Below are positions 28,225 to 39,799 of a stretch of 64,000 nt of DNA, in pieces. Below the pieces are notes generated by a model. It worked only from the letters and a program-made list of their open reading frames with translations, did not search any database and was not told the DNA's origin. This DNA is from Amoebidium appalachense (lineage: Eukaryota; Protista; Ichthyosporea). The first letter of the stretch is position 1, and each line of letters opens with the position of its first letter. The stretch is taken from assembly GCA_963693365.1 (NCBI GenBank), contig CAVNZM010000012.1:8498001-8562000 (forward strand), in the 5' to 3' direction. Made by a program: the position numbers and the translations under genes.

Positions 28225-28493
28225 ATTTTTTTCTTTTGAGTGGATTTATTCGACGGAAAGATATGCAAGTATGCACGGCAAAAAAAAACTTCCCGGAATA
28301 GCTCAGATGCAAGGCATCCGATCCTTGACTACCCCGGTTGGAGTTAGCTTAGAGGGCCATTGCCATAGTTCTGCACCCAGGCGAGTCCCATCAGGGCATC
28401 CGATCCCCAATGCGCTACATCCCGGGATTAGAACCAGGTGCCTCCTGCGTCGGAGGCGAGGAGCTTACCCGCTTGGCCACAGCGGCTCCTCGT
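28225..28493 (-). mobile_element. tRNA-derived SINE with a LINE-derived 3' tail
   Basis: The minus-strand head has an A-box TGGCCAAGCGG (28479-28469) and a B-box GGTTCTAATCC (28435-28425). The 3' ~55 nt are near-identical to the LINE ends at 60879-60934 and 59899-59949, including AATAAA and an A-rich tail. The 6-bp direct repeat agtatt flanks it (28219-28224 and 28494-28499). Confidence 0.75.
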
Positions 28494-30820
28494 AGTATTG
28501 TGTAAGTTGTGGGGGAGCTATGTTGTGGGGGGAGGGGTTTATGCACTTTGTATTGCTGCGGACATCGTCAGGGGCCGCACAGGCTGACACAGCCTCACTT
28601 GACTATCACTTGATGGCCTACTGCGTTTTCCAGCGCAGCCAATTAAATGCAGCTATGACTGGCGGGAGCCTTTCCGATTTGGCGGCTTGCGAGTTGGTGG
28701 CGCCCCGCGAACCACGGACGAGAAGTGAAAAGCTTTCCTGTCACAAGTGTGCATGGACTCTGTGTTTAAATTTTAGGACATAAAAAGTTCTCAAGTTGGT
28801 TGGCACCACTTTCCAAGGCACACACAGTGACACGTGCATGATACAGTTTTTACAGCCAAATGAACACGGTGTGTCCTCCATTTTTGGCAAGCAAGCTTGG
28901 ATGGCATGGTCCAAGGGTGATCACGTGAGTTGTGAACTTTTCATCCCATGTAAACAATTCCTACAATAAACTTGGCGGCGCGGGCCCGGACCCGGCCCGG
29001 CCCGCCGTTCTACACGCTGAACCCTTGTTAGCCCCAAAAAGTGACCTTTAGATCCATGCGCAGCTGCCTTATATAGTACGATCTGAAACTTTTGTCCAAT
29101 GAAAATCGTTATCGCTCCCAATTTGGAAAGTGACTTTCGGGCCAAAAAGCTACCTAATCGGATCGCTAAAACGGTTTGGGTCTCTGCACGGTAGTATACC
29201 CGTGACTACTGAACCGGCCCGTATGAAAGGGATAGATACACGCGGCAGCGTTTTGATTCCTTTGCCAACTTCATGTCGAGTGAAGGGAGTACTTGCTTGT
29301 GTACTTACCCCCCCCAAATGAAAATTTTTGTGTTTTTCAATTTAAAGGTTTGGGCATTTCAGGGGCTGAACATTAGCATATATATGAATGACAGTGTATG
29401 CATGCTTTGGTGTCATCGATTGCATGATCATGAACATATATCCGGTTTATTTTGTTGTCAAAAAAAAGCATAAGCTATCTCTAATATATAGTAACCTATG
29501 AAGCCCAAATACGGAACGACACCCCTCAAACAACAGTTCTTTCCATCAAAGAGCACCCCTATTTCTGGTTATATCTCTGATCCACACCCGCGCCGCTATC
29601 TGCATGCGGAGCTTATGCCCCAGTGAAGTTTTGAACAACTTTTGCGAGCGAATGAAACACACACCAGATGATTTCTTTCCAGAGCTAAAGCCTCCTTTTT
29701 TCTTCGCGAATTCCTTGCCAGATCTGGCGATGCAACTTTCTAGCAGCCACTCAGCATGCAGCATGCATTTGCTTGCCGCCAAATTTCTAAAGTACATGCA
29801 TTTCCTCCCACCGGCCCATCTCAGCCATCTTCTGAAGATCCTTCTGTATATCTCCTTCTGCCCTCGGGCCACAATCACATGACATTATCCTGGCTTTCAA
29901 AGTTCAAGTTGCATCGGATCTTGCTTCGTTTTCAACCACGTCATCTGTACGTCGAGGCTCTTTCCTACTACGAGTCCTCCAATCATTCTGTTTAGTGACT
30001 CTTTTTTTCTCTTAGTACTTCATGCACCCCAAATTACTCAGTTGCTGCATTGCTGCACCGTAGCTCAAAACATTGTCTCTCGAGTGGCACTATCCTACAC
30101 TTGGCTTCAAGTGGGAATTTGGACTCCTAACTATTGTAAAGCTTGCTTTCACTTTCCACCTTTCTCAGTTACTGTAGTCTTGTAGTAGTTGTCCGCCCCC
30201 TTCCCCTCTACCCCCCCCCCCCCCCCCCCCCCTGCCCCCCTCCCCTCCCCCTCCCCCCCCCCCCCCCCCCCCCCGACCTCGCTACCCTCACCCCCCCCAC
30301 CACCCCACCCCCACCCCCCCACCCTCCGGGCCCAATGGCCCCCCTCCCCTCCCCTTCCCATGTGGCACCCCCTTCTGTCCTCCGGCGGGCCGTTACTTAT
30401 GTGCCAGCTCAGTGTAGGGGTTAGTGGACATGAAGGTGCCGTTGAAGGGGCGGATCTAAACTCCTTTATTGTGTAGGTTTGGCCTTTAAGATTTGAAGAC
30501 TTCTCCGAAAGGTTTCCTAACTCAATTCTTCCAACTTGGCAAAGCTATTCAGCTTTTTTTGGACACAAAAACAAAGAAAAAAATAAAAAAAACCGACTCC
30601 CCATCACCACCTCACTCGAAGTGCATTAACCCATAGTGGCCCACTAACTTACGGTCTGAGTCTGAGTCTTTTCCCCCAACCTCAGTTCCTGTTGCCGCTG
30701 AAGTTCCCCACCGGATTTGTACACCATTGATCATCATTCCTCGCACCCCACTCTCCCCTCTCCCTCTCACCTCGAGCTACCCCATCCCTCGGGCCCTTCC
30801 CGCCCACCCTCTCCCCCCCT

Positions 30821-30856
<36 letters not shown>

Positions 30857-31181
30857 CCCCACCCCCCTCACCTCCCCCGGGCCCCGCCTTCTAGCCTCAA
30901 TGGAATCTGTTAACTTGATGATGCGCAATGATACAAGAATGCCTTGTGTGTTCTCCACGCTGAAAGTTCTTTTGATAAGCATACTACACACATTGTTATC
31001 ATGTACCGGTGTCTTGACTGAGTTGATGCCCTGCCCCCCCCCCCCCCCCCCCCCCCCTCCCCCCCCCGCCCCCCCCCGGCCCCCCCTCCTCCTCCCCCCT
31101 TCCCCCCCCCCTCCCCACACACACACACACACTGTGACGCACACACTGGCCACGCACACGCGCATGTGTGCATGTGTGTGA

Positions 31182-31236
<55 letters not shown>

Positions 31237-31718
31237 AGTAGATAGCCGCGCGCTGCCAGGCCCTATTCCTTTTTTTCAATTTACCTGCCGTAGACTGAGT
31301 CGACAATGTTTGGCCGAGATAGCATATAAACCGTGGCCCGGCCACATAATAAAGGTTGTGGGGCAGTTGCCCAGAACCGCACCATATCATTGCATCATGC
31401 TTGTATTCACTTCCCTTCCGGGCCCACTGGGTTTCCATAGCAACATCAAGTTGCAAGCACACGCCAGACATCAAGTAGGTTAGTCTCTTGAACTGCTGGT
31501 GCGTCACAGGCTAGGCCTAGCATCATGATGAAATCGTAAGTTCTAGGGTACTTTTCTGATTGTGAGTGGTAGGCGTGTCAAAATGACTCTTTACCCTCCC
31601 TCCCCCCCTCCCCCCTCCCCCTCCCCCCCTCCCCCCTTCCCCCCCCCCCCCCACCCCACCGCCCCCCCCACACACACACGACACACTCCTTTCCCCCGGG
31701 GTCAGTGAGCCCCTTCTT

Positions 31719-31749
<31 letters not shown>

Positions 31750-33135
31750 CAAAAAAAAAAACAAAAAAAAAACGCACACACACACACATGCACCTGCTCA
31801 ACCACCCACTTGCAGTTCTATATCGGCCTGTTGTCCTCCGAGGCTACACCTGACACACCCAGAGTCCACACGTGGGCCAATCTATCTGGACCCCCCCCCC
31901 CCCCCCCCCCCTCCTCCCCCTCCCCCCCACACATCGCCTTGATCGACTGAGTCAAACGGTTTCATTTTTCCTTTCCAAATATTTATGTCACTAAGTATTC
32001 GGGAGTTACTAACGGAGTCTCGTGTATACATAATATCAATAGCATCCCCCCCCCCCCCCCCCCCCCCCCCCCTCCTCCCTCTCCCCTTCCCCCCGCCCCC
32101 CATCAGATCTCGGATCCCGTTCTCCCCTAATACTATCGCCCCAGGTGGCAGCCGTATGTGTACGTTTGTAGCCGGCCCATGTGCAATTACCAGTGCGGTG
32201 TATCCGTATTTGAAGCTTCATTGGAAGTACTTCTGGGCACCGACGAATTCAAATGTCGTTCTCGTGCCCGACCATCTATAGTACCTGGCACTGTTGATTG
32301 TTTTCCGGCCCAAATTTTTCACATCAAAAGTTTAATTAATAGCACCATTTTCAAATTTGACTTTTTTTTTACAGTAATGATTGTAATATTGCGTCTAGAG
32401 ATTTCCTATGTCAGCCAAGCACAATTCAAATTGATTTGGTTGCTCCTTTGTCGCCAAAATTTGGAATATCTCTTAACACCCCCGGAGCGACATGCGTACA
32501 TGTACACACGTTCGAAAAGCACGCAACAAACACCTTTGCGGTGAAAACGTCGAACGTTGACAACCTTGTGATACCCACAGAAGGATAGAGCCACGTTACA
32601 TCATAACTTATACGTAGAGCACATTCTCAGGTGGGATCCGGACCCGAAGTCGTCGATTTTACTTTGGTCGGGGGGAGGGGAGAGGGAGTGAGGGTATTGG
32701 GGTTGGGGGGGAAGGGGGGGGGGGGGGGGGGGGGGGGGAGGGGGCGGAGTTTGGGATGTTGAGGGGCCGAGGGGGGGGGGGGGGGGGGGTGTTGGGAGCG
32801 TTTGCGAGAGTATATTTATTCACTTCGTATGTTTGCCATCAAGTAACTATCGTATTGGTCTTATGGTATTCAACTTTTGTAGCCAGTGACCTATCTCACC
32901 AGTTATATATCTATATACAGATATTGAAAAAATTTCCGTTGAAATTAGAAAAAGTAGATGCAGACGGCCTAAGGCTTCAGGACACATTCACCGATCTAAA
33001 ACAGTTCATAGTGATCATTCGGCATTTGAACACAACAAGATGTACTCAAGCAAATGTGACCGCGTATTAAATGTGTGGGTTCGTGCATCGTGCATCGTGC
33101 ATCGTATATCGTGTACGTGTGTGTGCGTGTGTGAC

Positions 33136-33190
<55 letters not shown>

Positions 33191-33663
33191 ATGCTTGTAT
33201 GTGTGAATGTGCATATATGTGCAAGTGTGTGGTGTTGTGTGTGTGTGTGTGCCTGTTTGTGCATGTGCCCGCGCGCGTGTGTGTGTGTGTGTGTGTGTTC
33301 TCTATGCAATTTGAAAGAGAGAAGCTGGAGCCCTTCACGAATATTCAAAAAACATCGCAAAGCCACATGTACCTTCATCAATATTACACAAACTTCCACC
33401 AACTCTGCCAAATTGTACATGAGCAACTGGTAGCCTTTTTGTCGAACAAAAAAACTACCAGTTGCTCATCAGCATATACACGGTCCTATATTCATGTAAA
33501 ACTTGCTTAATCAACACTCACTCAAACACAGAACTGTGAAAGGGAAAATCCTACATACAGCACTAAACCAACTGAATATGTACCCAACAAAAGCACGCTA
33601 AATATCTGCATACATTCCAAACCACATTCCATACATACCATCCTCCACCGTCCACCAATCATC

Positions 33664-34409
33664 TCACATATTGGGTACCTCCTGTTCCGTCTCCTCCTCC
33701 CCCAACCTCTTCCCCTTCCCACCACTCACTCCACTTGCAAGCCTCCACGCCGCCGTCGCCGCCGATAAAACCCCCCCATGATCAAGAAGGCCCCCAAGCT
33801 GCTGTGGTGCGCCGGTGCTGTACGAATAATTACTGTTCTGCGTGTTCGTTTCGGCCCGTCGCACCCATGGATGCATCATCACGATGTGCGCGGGCGGGCG
33901 AGATGAGGGATCGGTGGAAAGGAGTGCCTGAATGAGATTGCGGGCAGATGGGCTCAGGGCGGAACTGAGATGGTACTGGCCAGAGAGGATCTTTGCGTTG
34001 AGGCATTCCGGGTTCTCGTCCATAAAAGGATACGAACCGTGAAGCTGTGAGGGGGAGGGGAGGGTGGGATAAGTGTGTGTTCACCGAGGTAATCCGTTGA
34101 CTGCTTGAGGGAGAAGGGAGCGTGGGTAAGGGGGGGGGGGGGGGGTTTGAAAATCCCCCCCTCCTTTTTGCATGTTCTTTTTTCCCCTCCCCACCTCATT
34201 TCCCCTAGTCTTTCAAAAGGAACTTACAAAAAAAGGAGGGGGAGGGGGGAGGGGGGGGGGGTTAGATGTTAGGATGTAAGCTGTGTGTGCTTGTGTGTGT
34301 GCTTGCGTGTTGGCTGGGGGAAGGGGAGGGGGGGGGGGGGGGGGGGTTAGATGTTAGGATGTAAGCTGTGTGTGCTTGTGTGTGTGCTTGCGTGTTGGCT
34401 GGGGGAAGG

Positions 34410-34442
<33 letters not shown>

Positions 34443-35661
34443 TATTTCTTGCACCCACACAATATAAAACCCACCAGTCCTCCCCCCTCCCCCTCCCCCC
34501 TCCCCCCGAGTGTGTGTGTACGTGTCTGGGGGGGGCAGGACGGGAGGGGGGGGGGGGGATGGGGGGGGGAGGGGGGAGGGGAGGGGGGAAGGCAAGATGG
34601 GTGGTTGGGGAGAGGGGGTAAAGGATACATACGCATGAGTACAGGATGATACCGAGGCTCCACATGTCGCTCTTCTCAGAGTACTTCCCGCCCGAAAGTA
34701 GCTCGGGAGCACAATAGGACGGGGTGCTTTTCGGGTCGGGCCCGGGTTCCGTTACTTCGGCTTGACCCGAAAGTGTGTCTAGCGCCGTGATGAGAACGTT
34801 CGTGCATGAAGATGTTCGGTAGCAAATACCGTTGAGTTTCAGGTCTCGTAAAATATACTTTCGTGAATGACATTCGGCAACTGATCGAACAACCTGAGAA
34901 AACACTTCGCGTGCGTGCTCCTCCCCCATTCTCTTGTTGTTACGTATGTACGTGTGAAGATCCTGCCAGCATTGCTCCTTGATGATAAACAGATGCTCTC
35001 CTTGTTCTACCACCTCAAGAGTGCGCATGACGCCATCCACCCCCTGCAAACGACAATTCGCTTGGGCCTCCGTTCGGAAAAAACTTGCCCGCTGTTCCTT
35101 CTTAACCACCTGTACACTCACTCTACGCCCGGTAACACAATCGTATCCCCCATAATAAGCTGTATATCCGATGGGGTTTTTGGCGACAATCAAACGGCCT
35201 TTGATAAACCCAGCTGGCTCGAAGTCCAAACCCAACACCTCAGGGTTGACGGGGAAATGGGAAGTATTGCCCGTCGTAGATCTATACTGGGAAGATGACG
35301 TACGCAAAACGTTCAGAGGTGCATGTTGTGTTTGCGACAATATGCGATGGGATTCTTCGGAAACGGCGACATCATTCAAGGCCACTGTAGGTGCTGGGCT
35401 AGTTGAAGCGCTAGGTGCGTGTGTGGCTACGTTTCCTTGAGTTGCATGACTCGTGTGAATGTTTGGATGTCCCGATACTACGTGGTTGAGTGGGGCCAAG
35501 GGGCCTGAGGGGTTAACATCAACCAGAGGTGGTGTGGACAGAGATGATTTCACCGCCTGCACACGAGCAGGTCTTTGTAGCCGGGACTTGCCAAGGGGAA
35601 TAGGCGCTGGACGCCTGGCTTGCCTGGCTGACATCAAGGAACGTGTGGCTTCAGGTGCCAT
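33664..35661 (-). CDS. Tribbles-family (TRIB/STK40-like) pseudokinase, 469 aa
   Basis: Exons 35661-34633 and 34044-33664 join across a phase-0 GT-AG intron. Motifs: QDLHTYIRNNKRMGEEHAREVFSQVVRSVAECH, catalytic loop ILRDLKL, ALD in place of DFG (Tribbles have SLE), PSYCAPELL, SDMWSLGIILY, GSYPF, VMMHPW, and C-terminal EETEQEVPNM (COP1-binding-like). Confidence 0.85.
34261..34430. repeat. About 85-bp tandem duplication in the Tribbles-like intron
   Basis: gttagatgttaggatgtaagctgtgtgtgcttgtgtgtgtgcttgcgtgttggctgggggaagggga occurs at 34261 and about 34346. Confidence 0.9.
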
Positions 35662-35915
35662 TTTCGAAACTGTGTACTGAAAGTTTGAGAAAGGCTTCGA
35701 GAGATTTAAATCAAGATTCTAAGCTGTTTGTGCGACTTGAACTAAGTGGCTAACTGACTAACGGTTTATATACGTGGCAGTTAGTGGTTACGCAACCGTT
35801 TGAATGCGTCCACCTACATAAGTACTCACGTGATATGTTTTTTTCTGCAGAGAAACATAGGTGCGTTTGGATTGATAACCAAGGTGCAAAACGTACACTC
35901 AGCTTGGCGACCCTC

Positions 35916-36085
35916 TTTATATACTCCCACAGCTGATCGCTCTTTAATACTTATGACTTTAAGCTAATCAGATGTGATACAAGAATTAGATCTGAATGGC
36001 TAACTGATGCCAAGAAGCTTTGAGCCAATCAGTATCGACTGCTGCTGTGGTGGAATCATTGGAATGTTCAGATGTCTACGTCACC
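35916..36085 (-). promoter_or_regulatory. Putative core promoter of the Tribbles-like gene
   Basis: TATATAAA lies on the minus strand at 35923-35916, with a CCAAT box at about 36024 and a CRE-like TGACGTA at about 36078-36084. A candidate 5'-UTR intron runs from about 35829 to 35678. These are motif matches only. Confidence 0.4.
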
Positions 36086-37472
36086 CGAACACGATGATAT
36101 CATATAACCCGTTGGTTTCATCATCCGTCGCTTCCCTCGAAGGATTACAAATGGATAACTTGATAACCACAAGTTGACAGATCATAAAAAAGTCATCTTA
36201 AACGGCAATAGTTTAATATAACGCTTTAGTATGTTTTTTTATAAAAAGTAGAGGCTGCCTATTTACTTCAAGGCCAACGTTTTCCTGTCTTTTTTCCCCA
36301 TGCCAGAGACCCTCTTTACAGTCAAAGTTAAGCGACGAGCAACAATACAAACGAGGAATACTTAGTGTGACCGGCGGCCTTCGCGCACCCCGCATATCTC
36401 GCCGCATATGCATCGGAGCCAGCGCCGGCCGTCACCTGAAATTTCCCGAAAATCCTCAAATAATATCATGCCCAACATCAAACATTGTACATGTGTCTTC
36501 TTGGTTTGTTCAATATGCAAATAATCAATGCAAAGCTTTGGACAAGCTACGTTTGACTCTCAAAATTCCTATACGAAATTTGTGCAGTGACTCGTGAGCC
36601 TCGGACAGAAACTTGGCTGCTGCAGCTGCTGCGGTATCCTCGCGGCCCGACAATTTTCGATCCAATCAGATTCAAGATTCATACCAGACTGAAGTATTTC
36701 TGGAAATCTAGCTAAATAGATCCAGTTTTTTCCTGCTGTATCTTACATATTGGATATCCTGATTCGCCGGCAACACGCGTGTCAGAATTTACAGCAAGAG
36801 TAAGCTACACACGCATTGTTTTAGACATATGCATACACATCAAGTCCACGACTAATGATTTCCACTCATACTGTATAAAATAATTCCACATGTTCTGTGT
36901 TGATGCAAGGTATACATGAGCGAACTGTCTTGTGTCGTGCAACAATGCTCTGAAATATGGGATAGTAAATGAAGTTCGCGCCAAGCCACCTATGCAACAT
37001 TCCTGAAATCACACAGATCCCTTCCCTAAACTTATGTCATCCGTCACATATTTCGTTATTTTTCAAACAAATTTCTATTTTCGAAATTTCGTCGTCGGAA
37101 TGACACCAATGAATGAATGAATACATCAAGTTTGCCACACTTTGTGACATCGTTTGGATAGATCAAATCAAAAGATGGAATACATTTTATGGTAGAATAA
37201 TACAATGATAGCTGTTGATTGTTATCAGTGATATTTTGTTTCTAACCTTTACTGGGAAGCTCGCAAAAAATTATGCATGAGCACGCCGCGGCTGGGGGTG
37301 CGGAATGATTAAAGGTATTTGTTTCTCTTACATTAATGTATAGTAAATCAGTTCATCTGAGACTGCTAATGTAAGCCGATGTTTACTTTGAGTATATCTA
37401 AACGATGTAAAACAGTCAAACGGGGGCCCTGAATGAGACCGTCTTAATCTGCAAGTTAAACCTAATCAGTGA

Positions 37473-38583
37473 CAGGCCTGGAAATTACAGTGTTTTTAAC
37501 AATAATATACGGTTAATTCTAAAAAAATACAGTAAAGATTTGGGAATACACTATTAAAAAAGCAAGTAAATCTTTTTTCTTTTGACTCGGGTTTATTGAT
37601 CCGTTGATGAAGGCAACGTGCAGCCACAGGCTACATAACCACCAATAGAACTGAAAAAGCCAAAGCTACGAAATAAAAATAAAGCGATTAAGCGACAAGT
37701 GACAAAGGACACCAGCGGGCAAAACCTTAAGTGTACGTGTATGCGTGAAACTAGTTTCAAATTGCTCCAACTAGTCATATGCATCGATGTTGACCAGACC
37801 ACAATCCACAAGAAGACATCATTACTGCTCCTTCCCAACAGGCCCCCCTCAAAACCTACCGAGGCACAGCAAGCAAGTCAGCCTCTAAAATTTAAGAGCA
37901 ATGCAGACCAAATAGATCTGAGCTATAAAACAATCCCAACGGGCCCGGCCCCCTAGATAACCCGGAAGAAACTGCATCTAGCTCTCTGATAAGGTGGCCT
38001 AGTTGTGGCAGGACACACAGAAAAACACAATTACAGAAGGCATGCAAGCAAACCCGGTCATTGCCATACAACAGACTGGAGGCTAAGTCACTCAGGCTGG
38101 CAGTCACTTGGAAAGCTCCCCGACGACCAACTTGAAGTAGCCGCCCCTCCACTCACGCAGCGCGGAAGTAGTTGAAGAAGTTGCAGCCCACCGCCAATAG
38201 GTCGCGTAGAAGCGTAGACAGCGTGTAGATGTTACCATAGGTTGCAGTGGACCACCAGGCGTTGAAGAAACCACTTCTAGATCTCAAGCGAGAAACTCCG
38301 CGAAAGGGAGATTTCGATGCCCCCACACTATCACAGCAGTAGGAATACACCAGGCCACACCACACACACGCTGCAGTCACGTTCCCCTGAGTGGGACTCC
38401 CTCCCACCACAAAAAGAAGAAACGAAAGCCTTTATATACCTGCCATGGTGAAGAATCGGGAAGAAAAGTTGACGTGACAGCTAAGAGATCGAAGTGAAAG
38501 TGAAGTTTCCGGCGAGGCCAATTAGCGGGGGCGATCCGCCAGTGTCAAAATACAGTAATTCTAAAATAAAATTTCCAGCCCTG
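37473..38583. mobile_element. hAT-like MITE carrying an inserted retroelement
   Basis: TIRs caggcctggaaatt (from 37473) and aatttccagccctg (ending 38583) match 13/14. The flanks atcagtga and gtcagaga form a degenerate 8-bp TSD (6/8). Subterminal (aaaat)acagt repeats are present. Confidence 0.6.
37572..38546 (-). mobile_element. Non-autonomous LINE-like retroelement (family C), longer copy; 5' boundary approximate
   Basis: Both ends match the element at 60150-60536. The minus-strand 3' end reads AATAAA...AGTCAAAAGAAAAAA. There is no long ORF, and a weak HAFCNC remnant recalls LINE C-terminal zinc sites. Confidence 0.65.
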
Positions 38584-39087
38584 GTCAGAGACTCAAGAGT
38601 AAAACAAATTTCATAACCGTTTCATCACCCCCCCCTAGTCAAGGAGGTCTGCCCAGGGCTTACGTAACCGCCACATCACAACGGCGAATCTTTGCTCTTG
38701 GAGGCGCGGGGACCATCGTCACGCGTGCGCTTAGTCACGATGTTGCCACGGTCTTTGTGGCATTTATAGTGTGTAGGGGCGTGTGTGCACACGTGTCATT
38801 CCATTATCCAAGCAGGCTATCTATATGCACGTAGGCATACGTCACCGTGTATATATAGCACAACATCACACGTTTTCACTGCCGAGACTTGTGAGGCACC
38901 TGCAGGCAGGCCAGAGCATTTTCACATCCATCGGCCGGAAAATTGAAGTCGCCGCCAAGCAGCAGGCCCAAGCTTCCGAACTGAGCCTCTGAGGGTCTGC
39001 TGTGACTCAACTGCGGCAACGCGTGCCGAGCAGCTGGACAAAACGTGCACCCACTGGCGTGCACGCGCACCCACACACATACACACT

Positions 39088-39390
39088 CTGCCACCTACCT
39101 GCCACCTACTGAGCTGGCTCCTTATTTTTCCTTACACATTCAGCGAACACTGGACTCTATCGAACCGTCGAGGCGCCGCGACAGAAAGCATGCACGCGGT
39201 CGCGAGAGTGTAAGGAAAAATCGCCACCTACTGAGATGGCTCCTTATTTTTCCTTACACATTCAGCGAACACTGGACTATATATCGAACCGTCGAGGCGC
39301 CGCGACAGCATGCACGCGGTCGCGAGAGTGTAAGGAACAGCGAACGTTGAAAGTTCATCGCAGCGCGTGCACACCGTCAGTACGTGTGAG
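39088..39390. mobile_element. About 180-bp foldback element (MITE-like) with an internal tandem duplication
   Basis: A perfect 9-bp direct repeat atacacact flanks it (39079-39087 and 39391-39399). Imperfect terminal IRs are ctgccacctactga and tcagtacgtgtgag. The internal perfect IR is atttttccttacac / gtgtaaggaaaaat. Confidence 0.8.
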
Positions 39391-39799
39391 ATACACACTG
39401 CACAAAGCCACACATACGCGCGCGCGCGCACGCACGCGCACACACATGCACACATGCACATTGATGCATCCGAAATGTACTCTGATCGGAGAACTTAGCG
39501 TACTCCGATCGCAGTACTTTAGGAATGCTTGTTTCGGAAGGATACCGCGAGCTATTGGGGCCCAGGACCCCGCTTCTTTTTATACAGCCAGTAAGAAAAC
39601 ATAAGTTTACACCTTTTTTGTCTTTGGTACGGTAACTAACACAAACAAGGCCTTCCCTAGCTTTTATTGGTTGCCGACGCTGTTGCAAGTTTTTGAATTC
39701 ATGCTCGACAACAACATGATTCATGATCAAACGGACGAAACTTGCTGAGTCCGCGAACACAACAAGCCATGGGTTTCATGTGAAAGATGAGCGCCCAAC

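Noticed and set aside
28415-28490. Functional tRNA gene
   Set aside because: The acceptor stem does not close, and the sequence continues into a body, LINE-like tail and TSD, so a SINE fits better.
29546-29995. Overlapping 80-110-aa ORFs on both strands
   Set aside because: They have no recognisable motif, and the most protein-like frame has several stops.
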